Below, one piece after another: positions 28,545 to 36,836 of a stretch of DNA of 64,000 nucleotides. Source of the stretch: an uncultured Mollicutes bacterium (lineage in GTDB: Bacteria; Bacillota_I; Bacilli_A; RFN20; CAG-826); contig CAMESG010000001.1 in assembly GCA_945936135.1 (NCBI GenBank), forward strand, positions 194,748-258,747, written 5' to 3'. The notes beneath the pieces are model-generated. The model was given only the letters and a program-made list of their open reading frames with translations. It had not been told where the DNA came from and made no database searches. The first letter of the stretch is position 1, and every line of letters starts with the position of its first letter. Both the position numbers and the translations under genes were made by a program.

Positions 28545-30491
28545 ATGAAATCCAAAAAACTTCTTCTCCTCTCGGTGACGATGCTTCTTGGCGTTGGCGC
28601 CCTCGTCGGGTGCGACGACCAAGGCGACGTCTCCAGCAGCGGAAACGAAACCACCGGCGAAAGCTCTTCTTCGCTCCCTGAGGATGAACCCGTCGAATCG
28701 ACCGACCCGAACGACACCCGCGCCTTCAACATCTACTTCGACCAGGCGTTGACCGAGATGAACGGCAACCTCGAAATCGCTCAAGGCAAGCGCTTCTTGC
28801 TTTGGCAGCATGTCGCCGTCCCAGGCGGCACCTACGTCGTCGAAGTCACGAGCGGCAACGTGAGCATCGACCAACACGTCGTCGTCGCCGAAGGCTATGG
28901 CGCCTTCAAGCTCAAGATCACCGCGACGAGCGAAAACGGCAAGAACAAGCGCACGAAGTCGCTCTCGGGCAACGTCGTCTCCGAAGAGAAAGTCGAATTC
29001 AACCGCCTCTGGGCCGAAGCGAGCAAAGGCAACTACACCGCTTCTAGCGAGATGCACGGCGAAACCCGCCACGGCGATAACTTCATCGAAATGCTCAAAG
29101 GCACGGACAAGGACACCGGCGCCAAGGTCTACGAAGGCACCGTCTACGATGAATCTTCCGCCCATTGGTACCCCTACACCTATACCGAGGCCAACGCGAC
29201 CAAGATCACCATCGGCCAAGGCTATGGCTACAACCACGAGATCTTGGGCACCGCCCCTGGCTTCGAAGTCAAGGGCACGGACTTCGTCGAGATCTTCGAC
29301 AAGGACAACAACCCGACCGGCGAATTCCACCTCGAAGATTCGATCGACCAATACGGCGATTCCACCAAGATCGGACCCGTCATCGACAACATGTTCACGA
29401 ACCTTGGAAGCGCCTACCACTTGCTTGTTCGCAACAACGTCGACGGCGTCACCGCGGCCTTGAACGATGAAGGCGGCTTCGACTTGATCCCGACTCGCAA
29501 CAAGGGCGCCAACAAGTACTTGACCTTCAATTACGGCAACGAATCCTTCGCGACCACCGCTTCGATCTACGACATCGGCTCGACCGCCAACGCCGGCGTC
29601 ACCGCCTGGCTTGCTAGCCCTGCCTACGCCGAGCAAATCGACGTCAGCGCCCTCAAAGGCTTCTTCAACGCCATGGACGAGGCCAAGAACTACTCCGTCC
29701 TCCGCCAAGGCTTCTGGATGGATCCGAATACCGGCTTGGCGATCGATACCCCGAAAGACATCAACAACATCGACGGCCAAGGCCACACGATCGGCTCCTA
29801 CGTCGCCCTTGACACCGTCGTCGACGATACGATCGTCAACATCGTCCTCGATGCCGATGCGAACACCATGACCTTCGCGGACACGCTCGTCAAAGGCTGG
29901 GCCATGCCGGAAGCGAATTCCGCGAACGCTTACTACGTCAAGAACGGCACGCTCAATGTCGCCTCAGGCACCGTCACGCCCCCCGAAACCGAAGAAGGCG
30001 AAGCAACCATCACCCATTACGTGCCAAGGGATACCGGAACCGCGGTTGATACCCTCTGGGGCAAAGGCTTCCTCAACGACGGCTTCGCCGAGATCCTCGA
30101 CACCGTCTCCTTCTACAACGCCATCAATGCAGATGGCAAATCCCTCTACGCCTTCAACACCCGTGGCGATGACGCCGCGAAGCCCTTCGGCGAAGGCGGC
30201 TACGTCCTTGCGACCTTCGTCAGCGGCGCGATCATCGGCGGTCTCCACGACTACGTCTCCTACGTGAGCCTTGACATGCTCGACTTCAACGTCAACATGA
30301 TCTGGGACGTCCTCTTCGACCGCGCGGGCAAGGAAAACTACTTCGAGAGCTTCTTCGTGCTCGCGGAAGGCGCGCTCTCCATGGTCCGCATCCTCAACTT
30401 CTCCGACGACGCTTCTTACTACCAAGAAACGACGTGGACGGACGTTGGAACCACGGTCCTCGACGATGCGACCTTGGCCCTTCTTGCTTAA
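28545..30491 (+). CDS. surface lipoprotein, function unknown
   Basis: MKSKKLLLLSVTMLLGVGALVGCDD is a lipobox, followed by an acidic Ser-rich linker. 648 aa with no recognisable catalytic motif. Confidence 0.6.
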   Translation: MKSKKLLLLSVTMLLGVGALVGCDDQGDVSSSGNETTGESSSSLPEDEPVESTDPNDTRAFNIYFDQALTEMNGNLEIAQGKRFLLWQHVAVPGGTYVVEVTSGNVSIDQHVVVAEGYGAFKLKITATSENGKNKRTKSLSGNVVSEEKVEFNRLWAEASKGNYTASSEMHGETRHGDNFIEMLKGTDKDTGAKVYEGTVYDESSAHWYPYTYTEANATKITIGQGYGYNHEILGTAPGFEVKGTDFVEIFDKDNNPTGEFHLEDSIDQYGDSTKIGPVIDNMFTNLGSAYHLLVRNNVDGVTAALNDEGGFDLIPTRNKGANKYLTFNYGNESFATTASIYDIGSTANAGVTAWLASPAYAEQIDVSALKGFFNAMDEAKNYSVLRQGFWMDPNTGLAIDTPKDINNIDGQGHTIGSYVALDTVVDDTIVNIVLDADANTMTFADTLVKGWAMPEANSANAYYVKNGTLNVASGTVTPPETEEGEATITHYVPRDTGTAVDTLWGKGFLNDGFAEILDTVSFYNAINADGKSLYAFNTRGDDAAKPFGEGGYVLATFVSGAIIGGLHDYVSYVSLDMLDFNVNMIWDVLFDRAGKENYFESFFVLAEGALSMVRILNFSDDASYYQETTWTDVGTTVLDDATLALLA

Positions 30492-30512
30492 GGTTAACCC
30501 CCAACATCCAAA

Positions 30513-30544
30513 CCCTCTTCGAGCTTCGAGGAGGGTTTTCTTTT
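30513..30544 (+). terminator. rho-independent terminator
   Basis: CCCTCTTCGAGCTTCGAGGAGGG hairpin followed by TTTTCTTTT. Confidence 0.6.
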
Positions 30545-30618
30545 ATATGCAGCAACGTAATGAAGAAAAGGAAAAGACCGCCAATCAAGTGGATTGACGT
30601 TCCTGTGTTTATGTTAAA

Positions 30619-31133
30619 TTAGAACGTATATTCGCCTGCTTCGACGGTTGCCTTTCTTCCATCCGGCAGGATCACTTCTGCGCTGCAGTTGCATGGGATC
30701 TTGATCTTGAACGCCGTTTGTCTTTCAAAGCGCGCCGCAGTTGCTTGTATTGGTAATTGTCGCCCGGCATCATCAAATCGCTTTCCGCCCCGATCACCTT
30801 GGTGGCTTCCGCCTGCCCCTTGGCCACCGATTGCCAATCCGTCATGATCACCCCGTCAAACCCCCAGGATTCGCGCAAAAGGCCAATAAGAAGGGCAGGG
30901 GCGCTATTCACGTATTTGCCATTGATCTTGTTGTAACTGCTCATGATGCATCCAGGTTTTGCGTCCTGAACGACGCTCTTGAAGGCTTTCAGGTAGATCT
31001 CCCGAAACGCGCGTTCATTGATCTGACTCGAAGACTTCATGCGGTTGTCTTCCCGGTTGTTGCAGCAAAAATGCTTCAACGTGACCGTGAGATCGCCTTT
31101 CGATTGGACGCCTCTTGCCACTGCCTTGGCCAT
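30619..31133 (-). pseudogene. glycoside hydrolase family 3 remnant (fragments in 2 frames)
   Basis: One frame reads ...CIMSSYNKINGKYVNSAPALLIGLLRESWGFDGVIMTDWQSV..., the GH3 N-domain KH/D-motif region. A second frame carries a GH3-like C-terminal end. Only ~0.5 kb survives of a normal ~2.2-kb gene. Confidence 0.55.
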
Positions 31134-31734
31134 GGATCCAAACGATGCCTTGTCGCTATCGAATTCCTACGTCCAGAAATGCGGGCTATTGAACAACGTC
31201 GTCGCCTTATCGAACCTCCAATACCGCATGGTCCTCGACTTCACCGAGCGCGTCGAGAAGATCCGCATGGGAAGGCATCCTTCGAAGCCCGTGATCGACG
31301 TCCCAAATTACATTCAGCACCATCTATCCGAGGCGATCACGGCGAAACACATCGCGGATCACCTCTTCTTAAGCCGTCCCCACCTATCGACCAAATTCAA
31401 GGCCGAAGCCGGGATGAACCTAAGCGACTTCATCGTCCAAGAGAAAATAAGGGAGGCGAAGCGCTTGCTCCGTTATTCGGACAAGACCTCCTATGCGATC
31501 GCCTCGTTCTTGGGCTTTGCTTCCCAAAGCCATTTCTCCCTCGTGTTCAAGAAACACACGGGCAAGACCCCGAACGAGCATCGGGAATTGCACAGCAGAT
31601 CATCCAAAATCAAACCTCGATATAGGCGAAGGATTGAGGCGCCGTTCTTATCCCATGATCCGAAAGGTTCTTCTCGGGTTCGAAGATCGTCACTTCTCCT
31701 AATTCGTAGGCATAGGCGGTTTTGCGACCTTTGA
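31039..31734 (+). pseudogene. AraC-family regulator remnant (HTH domain only, no sensor domain, runs on without a proper stop)
   Basis: HIADHLFLSRPHLSTKFKAEAGMNLSDFIVQEKIREAKRLLRYSDKTSYAIASFLGFASQSHFSLVFKKHTGKTPNEHR is a complete AraC HTH pair at ~31300-31590. The N-terminal portion overlaps the GH3 remnant on the opposite strand. Confidence 0.5.
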
Positions 31735-32029
31735 AGTAAGATCGATGCTCCTTATGGGAAATCCCTGCGCTTTGCTTCGTTTCTTTCCATAGGTCACGCG
31801 GAGATCCAGATAACTTTCCCGGGATCTTCGCGAAGGCGACGACCTTCATCCTAGGAGAGGTCGAATAGACGATCATCAAAGAAACGCCTTCTTTGCAGAG
31901 GCGTTTACGAAATTCAAAGGTCTTGGATCCATCGAGGATCTTGGTTACATACTCGGGTTTTGTGGAGATCAAGAGGGCTTTCACGGTTAGATCCTGCCAC
32001 GGAAACCCATAGACCACGAAAAAAGCCAT
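31610..32029 (-). CDS. ASCH (PUA-like) domain protein
   Basis: ...ISTKPEYVTKILDGSKTFEFRKR... matches the ASCH N-terminal motif. Start is uncertain and may be an internal GTG. Confidence 0.6.
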   Translation of the reverse strand: MAFFVVYGFPWQDLTVKALLISTKPEYVTKILDGSKTFEFRKRLCKEGVSLMIVYSTSPRMKVVAFAKIPGKLSGSPRDLWKETKQSAGISHKEHRSYFKGRKTAYAYELGEVTIFEPEKNLSDHGIRTAPQSFAYIEV

Positions 32030-32062
32030 CCCGAAGGACGGCTTAGTTCGTTACGTTAGAAC

Positions 32063-32602
32063 TCAGTAGTTCTTGACGAAGAGCTCGAAGTAGCTTTGCG
32101 GATGGTTGCAGACGGGGCAGACCTTCGGGGCGTACTTGCCGACGACGATGTGTCCGCAGTTGCGGCATTTCCAGACCGCGAGGTCATCGCCGACGAAGAC
32201 GACACCTTCCTTGACGTTGTTCAAGAGCTTGCGGTAGCGCTCCTCATGGTGCTTTTCGATGGCAGCGACCATGCGGAATTTCGCGGCGATCTCCTTGAAG
32301 CCTTCTTCATCGGCGACCTTGGCGAAGCTATCGTACATGTCGGTCCATTCGTAGTTCTCGCCTTCGGCCGCGGCGAGGAGGTTGCTCGCGGTATCCTTGA
32401 TTTCGCCGCCTTCGAGGTATTTGAACCAGAGCTTGGCGTGCTCCTTCTCGTTGTCGGCGGTCTCTTGGAAGATCGCGGCGATCTGCTCAAAGCCTTCTTT
32501 TTTGGCCTTGGAGGCGAAGTAGGTGTATTTGTTGCGCGCTTGGGATTCGCCGGCGAAGGCTTCCATCAAGCACTTTTCGGTTTTGGATCCTTTGAGTTCC
32601 AT
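32063..32602 (-). CDS. rbr: rubrerythrin
   Basis: The ferritin-like diiron half has [10 protein letters not shown]...E..H and EKEHA...E..H. The C-terminal rubredoxin-like half has CRNCGH...CPVCNHP. Starts at [10 protein letters not shown]. Confidence 0.85.
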   Translation of the reverse strand: MELKGSKTEKCLMEAFAGESQARNKYTYFASKAKKEGFEQIAAIFQETADNEKEHAKLWFKYLEGGEIKDTASNLLAAAEGENYEWTDMYDSFAKVADEEGFKEIAAKFRMVAAIEKHHEERYRKLLNNVKEGVVFVGDDLAVWKCRNCGHIVVGKYAPKVCPVCNHPQSYFELFVKNY

Positions 32603-32913
32603 GATAGTGTTTTTTCTCCTTTTAGGGTATGCGCCAATTATAGGAAGTTTAGAAAACAACGGCAAGGAGAACACATTGCCATGGCCTTCGATTCTTTCCA
32701 ACGAATGAAAAAGAAAAAGAGAACATTGCACAACATTGCCCTAGCATTGCGCTAACATTATCTTTTCTTTGAATCCTACTAAGAAGCGGGAGGGGTCAAA
32801 GCAAACGAAGCACCTTTGTTCAGGGCTCAAGAAAGCGAATCCCCCGGGGAGCGCATGAAGTCAATGACCTACATTTCTGACGTCCTTACGTAGTTGGGAA
32901 AATCTCCAGTACC

Positions 32914-32979
32914 ACAAATGTTGGAAACGGAATTGCGCAAATGTTGGAAGTGAAATACCACAAATGTTGGAAGCGGAAT
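32914..32979. repeat. three imperfect direct repeats spaced 23 bp (CAAATGTTGGAARYGRAAT)
   Basis: ACAAATGTTGGAAACGGAAT at 32914, GCAAATGTTGGAAGTGAAAT at 32937 and ACAAATGTTGGAAGCGGAAT at 32960. They lie 50-115 bp upstream of the ATPase pseudogene. Confidence 0.6.
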
Positions 32980-33029
32980 CGAATAGATCGCATTTGACGC
33001 TTGTAATTTCTAGGCAGTAGGCAACGTTC

Positions 33030-34314
33030 ATGGAATATCGAGACCGCATTGCAGATCGCATTCTCAAGGACAAGTTGGAAACCTTTGGCGGCGTTTTGAT
33101 TTTGGGGCCAAAAGGATGTGGAAAGACGACGACCGCCAAGCATTTTGCGAAAAGCTTCATTGAATTTCAAAACGAAGAAAATCGAGAGAAATACCTTGCG
33201 GTTGTCGAGGCTGCGCCCTCGAGATTGCTCATCGGCGAAAAACCAAGGCTTTTCGACGAATGGCAAGATGCTCCTGAAATTTGGGGAGCCATCCGCAAAA
33301 ACATCGATGACGAGCAAGACGTTGGATCCTATATTCTCACCGGATCATCGGCCATGGACCTTTTTTTCCCTTCCCCATACGGGCACCATGCGGATTTCAA
33401 GGATGGAAATGTATCCCATGAGCTTGTTCGAAAGCGGCGAATCCAATGGCTCCGTCTCTTTGTCTGCCCTCTTCGATAAGCCGGATTCCTTCCTCTCCTG
33501 CTCATCGGATCTTTCCTTCGACGATCTGCTCTTCGCGCTTTGCAGAGGTGGCTGGCCGATTGTCTTCCGCATTCCGAAAAAAGAAAATCGCCTAAACGTT
33601 GCAAAAGATCTCTTCCGCCAAACGTGCGCGATCGACGTATCGAGCGTCGATGGAATCAAGCGAAATCCCGTCTGGGCAGAAACCATATTGAAGTCCTATG
33701 CCCGCAACCTTTGCACCCTCGCGGACGATAAAACCATTTACGGCGATGTCGAAAGCGCCACGGGAATATCTGAGAAGACCATGAGAAGCTACATCGAGGC
33801 GCTGGAACGTCTCTTCATCATCGAAGACATCGACGCTTGGTCGCCTTCCATTCGCTCCAAAACCGCCATATGATCCCAGAAAAAGCGATGCCTGATCGAT
33901 CCTTCCATCGCCGTGGCCGCCCTTGGTTTGACGCCAGAATATTTCAACGCGGACTTCAAGACCCTGGGCTTTCTTTTCGAATGCCTCTGCATCCGCGATT
34001 TAAGGATCTACAGCCAAAAGCGCCAAGGTCGCATCTCGTATTACCGCGATCGTTATGGCCTTGAGGCCGACTGCGTCCTTCACCTTGAAAACGGCCAATG
34101 CGCGCTGATCGAATTCAAGCTCGGCGGCAAAGAAATCGACGCAGGGGCGAAACACCTTTGCAAAATCGAGGAACTCATCAAGGAGAAGAATGAAAAAGAG
34201 ACGCAGACCCCCCTTCGTTTGCCTTCGTTGAAAATCGTCATCACCGCAGGACAATACGGTTACAAAAGGGAGGATGGCGTCCTCGTCATTCCCATTGGTT
34301 GCCTTAGGGATTGA
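33030..34314 (+). pseudogene. AAA+ ATPase (AAA_14-like) / DUF4143-like family gene, frameshifted (at least 2 frame changes)
   Basis: Frame 1 reads MEYRDRIADRILKDKLETFGGVLILGPKGCGKTTTAKHF...ILTGSS. Frame 2 continues ...MYPMSLFESGE...DKTIYGDVESATGISEKTMRSYIEALERLFIIEDIDAWSP. Frame 3 continues ...FECLCIRDLRIYSQ...YYRDRYGLEADCVL..., a DUF4143-like C-terminus. Its architecture matches the genes at 49011 and 57571. Confidence 0.7.
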
Positions 34315-34320
34315 GGCAAA

Positions 34321-34345
34321 AGAAAAACGGCGAGTCGCCTCGCCG
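34321..34345 (-). terminator. rho-independent terminator following tRNA-fMet
   Basis: Minus-strand CGGCGAGGCGACTCGCCG hairpin followed by TTTTTCT. Confidence 0.55.
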
Positions 34346-34357
34346 TAATTGCCGATT

Positions 34358-34433
34358 GGTTGCGGGAGATGGATTTGAACCACCGACCCCCAGGTTATGG
34401 GCCTGATGAGCTACCAGGCTGCTCTATCCCGCG
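34358..34433 (-). tRNA. initiator tRNA-fMet (CAT)
   Basis: Reverse complement CGCGGGATAGAGCAGCCTGGTAGCTCATCAGGCCCATAACCTGGGGGTCGGTGGTTCAAATCCATCTCCCGCAACCA. It has the C1:A72 mismatch and near-identity to E. coli tRNA-fMet outside the stems. CCA is encoded. Confidence 0.8.
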
Positions 34434-34559
34434 AGATCGTTCTTCTCATCGGCTCGTTTAAGATACTCGCCTTAAGGGCATCCGTCAAGGACGAGTTGAT
34501 GCTTCGCGCCCTTCTTCTCTTTTTCGTTCCATCGCCCTATCGGGAAGAGGATAATTCCT

Positions 34560-36671
34560 TTGATGAAAACGCCTCTCTCCTATCAATGGGCCTTCGTCGA
34601 AGGCTTTGAACAAGAATTCCTAAACAAGATCCCTTCGAATGCCATCTACGTCGATCTTCCCCACGGGATCAAGCTCCTCCCGTATCATGGCTTCTCCTTC
34701 GATGATTGTTCAGGAGTCTATACCTACATCAAGTCCTTCTCCGTGAAAAAGAAGGAAGGCCGTTCCTACTTCCTAGACTTTGAAGGCGCGATGGTCCAAT
34801 TCGATCTCTATCTCAATGGGATTGATCTAGGGCACTTCGTCTCGGGATACCTCCCCGTTGAGATCGACGCGACGGACGCCTTGAAGGACGGGAAGAACGA
34901 GGTCCTCGTCAAACTATCGACAAAGGAAGATCCGACGATCCCTCCATTTGGCACTCTTTTGGATTCTTGTTCTTTTGGAGGACTTTATCGTCCCGTCTAT
35001 CTGATCGACCGTCCAAAGGCCGGACAAATCAAGGATGTTTATGCCTATGGGACCAAAGACGGGACGATCCATCTATCCTATGAATCGGAAGAACCCGTTG
35101 AAGCATCCCTCTACCTCGAAGAAGACTTGCTTCTTGCCTTTAAGGGGAAAGAAGCCAAGGTCATCCATCCCAGGATCTGGACGATCGAGGATCCCTTCGT
35201 TTATCGCTTGGTTTTGAACAACGGGTTCGAAACCGTTGAACTCCCGTTCGCCTTCAAGGACGAAGAGGCGAGAGAGAATGCCCTCTTTGTCCAAGGGAAG
35301 CGTTGCTCCCTGCTTGGGATGACTTTGGATCTTTCTTATCCCTACATGGGCAAAGCCGTCTCTCCTTCTTTATCCCGCAAAGACGCAAGACTCCTCAAGG
35401 AAATTGGGATCAACCTTGCGAAGGTCTCTTATTACGCCCCAGACGATGCCTTCCTAGAAGAATGCGATCGCCTCGGCTTATACGTGATCAACGAGATCCC
35501 AAAGGGAGGAAACGCCTTCAAGGACCCCTTATGGAAGGAACGTTATCTAGAGTTCTATAAGACGATGGTCAAGAAGGAACGGCAGCACCCCTGCGTGCTC
35601 TCCTTCGATGCCGACGAAGAGACAAGAGGGATCCTGAAAGAACTTGATCCTTATCGTTCAAATCTAGGGAACATCCTCCTAAGCCAACGCAAAGCCCTAG
35701 GAGACATAAAACCGACGGATCGCTTATTCCTTCATGAAGATCGGATTTTGGCCCATATCAAGGCCCTAGGAGCCCTGAAGGGCAACCCTGATGCCGCAGG
35801 GACCATCCTGGGTCCTGCGTTTGACTATGTAAGCAAGAACGGAGACGAAGACGGGATCTCCTATCTTGGGGTCTATGATTTCTTCCGCGAGAAGAAGCCT
35901 AGCGCCTACGTCTATGCTTCCCAAAGGGAAGACCCCGTGATGGAAGTCATTGACCCATATTCCCTTCGTCCTTTGATCCTCTCCAACGCGGATTTCATCG
36001 AAGTCTATAAGGATGAAGTCAAGGTCACGACGTTATATCCAAGGGAAGAAGACGATCCAAATCTGAGGCATCCTCCCTTCCTTTGGGATAAGCCCGTGAA
36101 TCTAAACTTCTATGAAGAAGGGCTATCTCCAAGCGAAGGGCGATTCCTCGCCGAATGCATCAACTCCTGCATCCTTAAAGGCTTTGAGAGCCTGCCCTTC
36201 TTCAAAAGGCTAGAACTGAACTTCTTCTTGAAGAAGCACGAGTTCTCCTTCTCCTATTTCGAAGGCTTGGTTCGTAAATATGGATCCTTGGATTCATGTC
36301 TTATGTTCAAGGGATACAAGGATGGAAAGGTCATGGGAACAAGGACCTATAAGAAACAAGCCTTGTCGTCCTTTGATGTAAGATCCGATTCCCATGTCCT
36401 AAAGAACGAAGATACCTATGATTCCACGAGAATCGTGATCCAAAAGATCGATGAATTCGGGAATAAGGTCCATTACGCGGACGATGAACTTCTATTCGAA
36501 ACCGAAGGCCCAATCGCGTTATTGTCCCCGAAAGTCGTCCATCTTCTAGGAGGAAGCATCGGGGTCTACGTCCGGAGCCTAAGAACCAAGAAGAAAGAAG
36601 AGGCGAAGCTTTTGATCCATCATCGAGGAGGACGGATGGAAGTCCTCTTTGAAGTCGAAACCAAGGAATGA
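34560..36671 (+). CDS. glycoside hydrolase family 2-like protein (N-terminal sugar-binding domain clear; catalytic barrel degenerate)
   Basis: FEGAMVQFDLYLNGIDLGHFVSGYLPVEIDATDALKDGKNEVLVKL is a GH2 N-domain. CDRLGLYVINEIP...RQHPCVLSFDADEE sits where the GH2 NHPSIIMWSxxNE acid/base motif should be. No clear nucleophile motif follows. Confidence 0.55.
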   Translation: MMKTPLSYQWAFVEGFEQEFLNKIPSNAIYVDLPHGIKLLPYHGFSFDDCSGVYTYIKSFSVKKKEGRSYFLDFEGAMVQFDLYLNGIDLGHFVSGYLPVEIDATDALKDGKNEVLVKLSTKEDPTIPPFGTLLDSCSFGGLYRPVYLIDRPKAGQIKDVYAYGTKDGTIHLSYESEEPVEASLYLEEDLLLAFKGKEAKVIHPRIWTIEDPFVYRLVLNNGFETVELPFAFKDEEARENALFVQGKRCSLLGMTLDLSYPYMGKAVSPSLSRKDARLLKEIGINLAKVSYYAPDDAFLEECDRLGLYVINEIPKGGNAFKDPLWKERYLEFYKTMVKKERQHPCVLSFDADEETRGILKELDPYRSNLGNILLSQRKALGDIKPTDRLFLHEDRILAHIKALGALKGNPDAAGTILGPAFDYVSKNGDEDGISYLGVYDFFREKKPSAYVYASQREDPVMEVIDPYSLRPLILSNADFIEVYKDEVKVTTLYPREEDDPNLRHPPFLWDKPVNLNFYEEGLSPSEGRFLAECINSCILKGFESLPFFKRLELNFFLKKHEFSFSYFEGLVRKYGSLDSCLMFKGYKDGKVMGTRTYKKQALSSFDVRSDSHVLKNEDTYDSTRIVIQKIDEFGNKVHYADDELLFETEGPIALLSPKVVHLLGGSIGVYVRSLRTKKKEEAKLLIHHRGGRMEVLFEVETKE

Positions 36672-36769
36672 AAAAAGCGCCTAACCTTTGTTGTTCGTTG
36701 GTGTTGGACCCAAAAAGGTTAGATGCTTCATAGAATATAGCGCATGACGCATTGCCTGGTTATACCAAA

Positions 36770-36826
36770 TTCCCAAAAGGAAAACGTGAGCCTCCTTTGT
36801 TGGGCCTCAACAAATTCAGCTCACGT
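36770..36826. terminator. nested hairpin between convergent GH2-like gene and leuS (mainly a leuS terminator)
   Basis: AACGTGAGC...GCTCACGTT is a 9-bp inverted repeat enclosing a TTTGTTGGGCCTCAACAAA hairpin. An A-tract on the plus strand gives a T-tract for the minus-strand transcript. Confidence 0.5.
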
Positions 36827-36836
36827 TATAGGTGCG

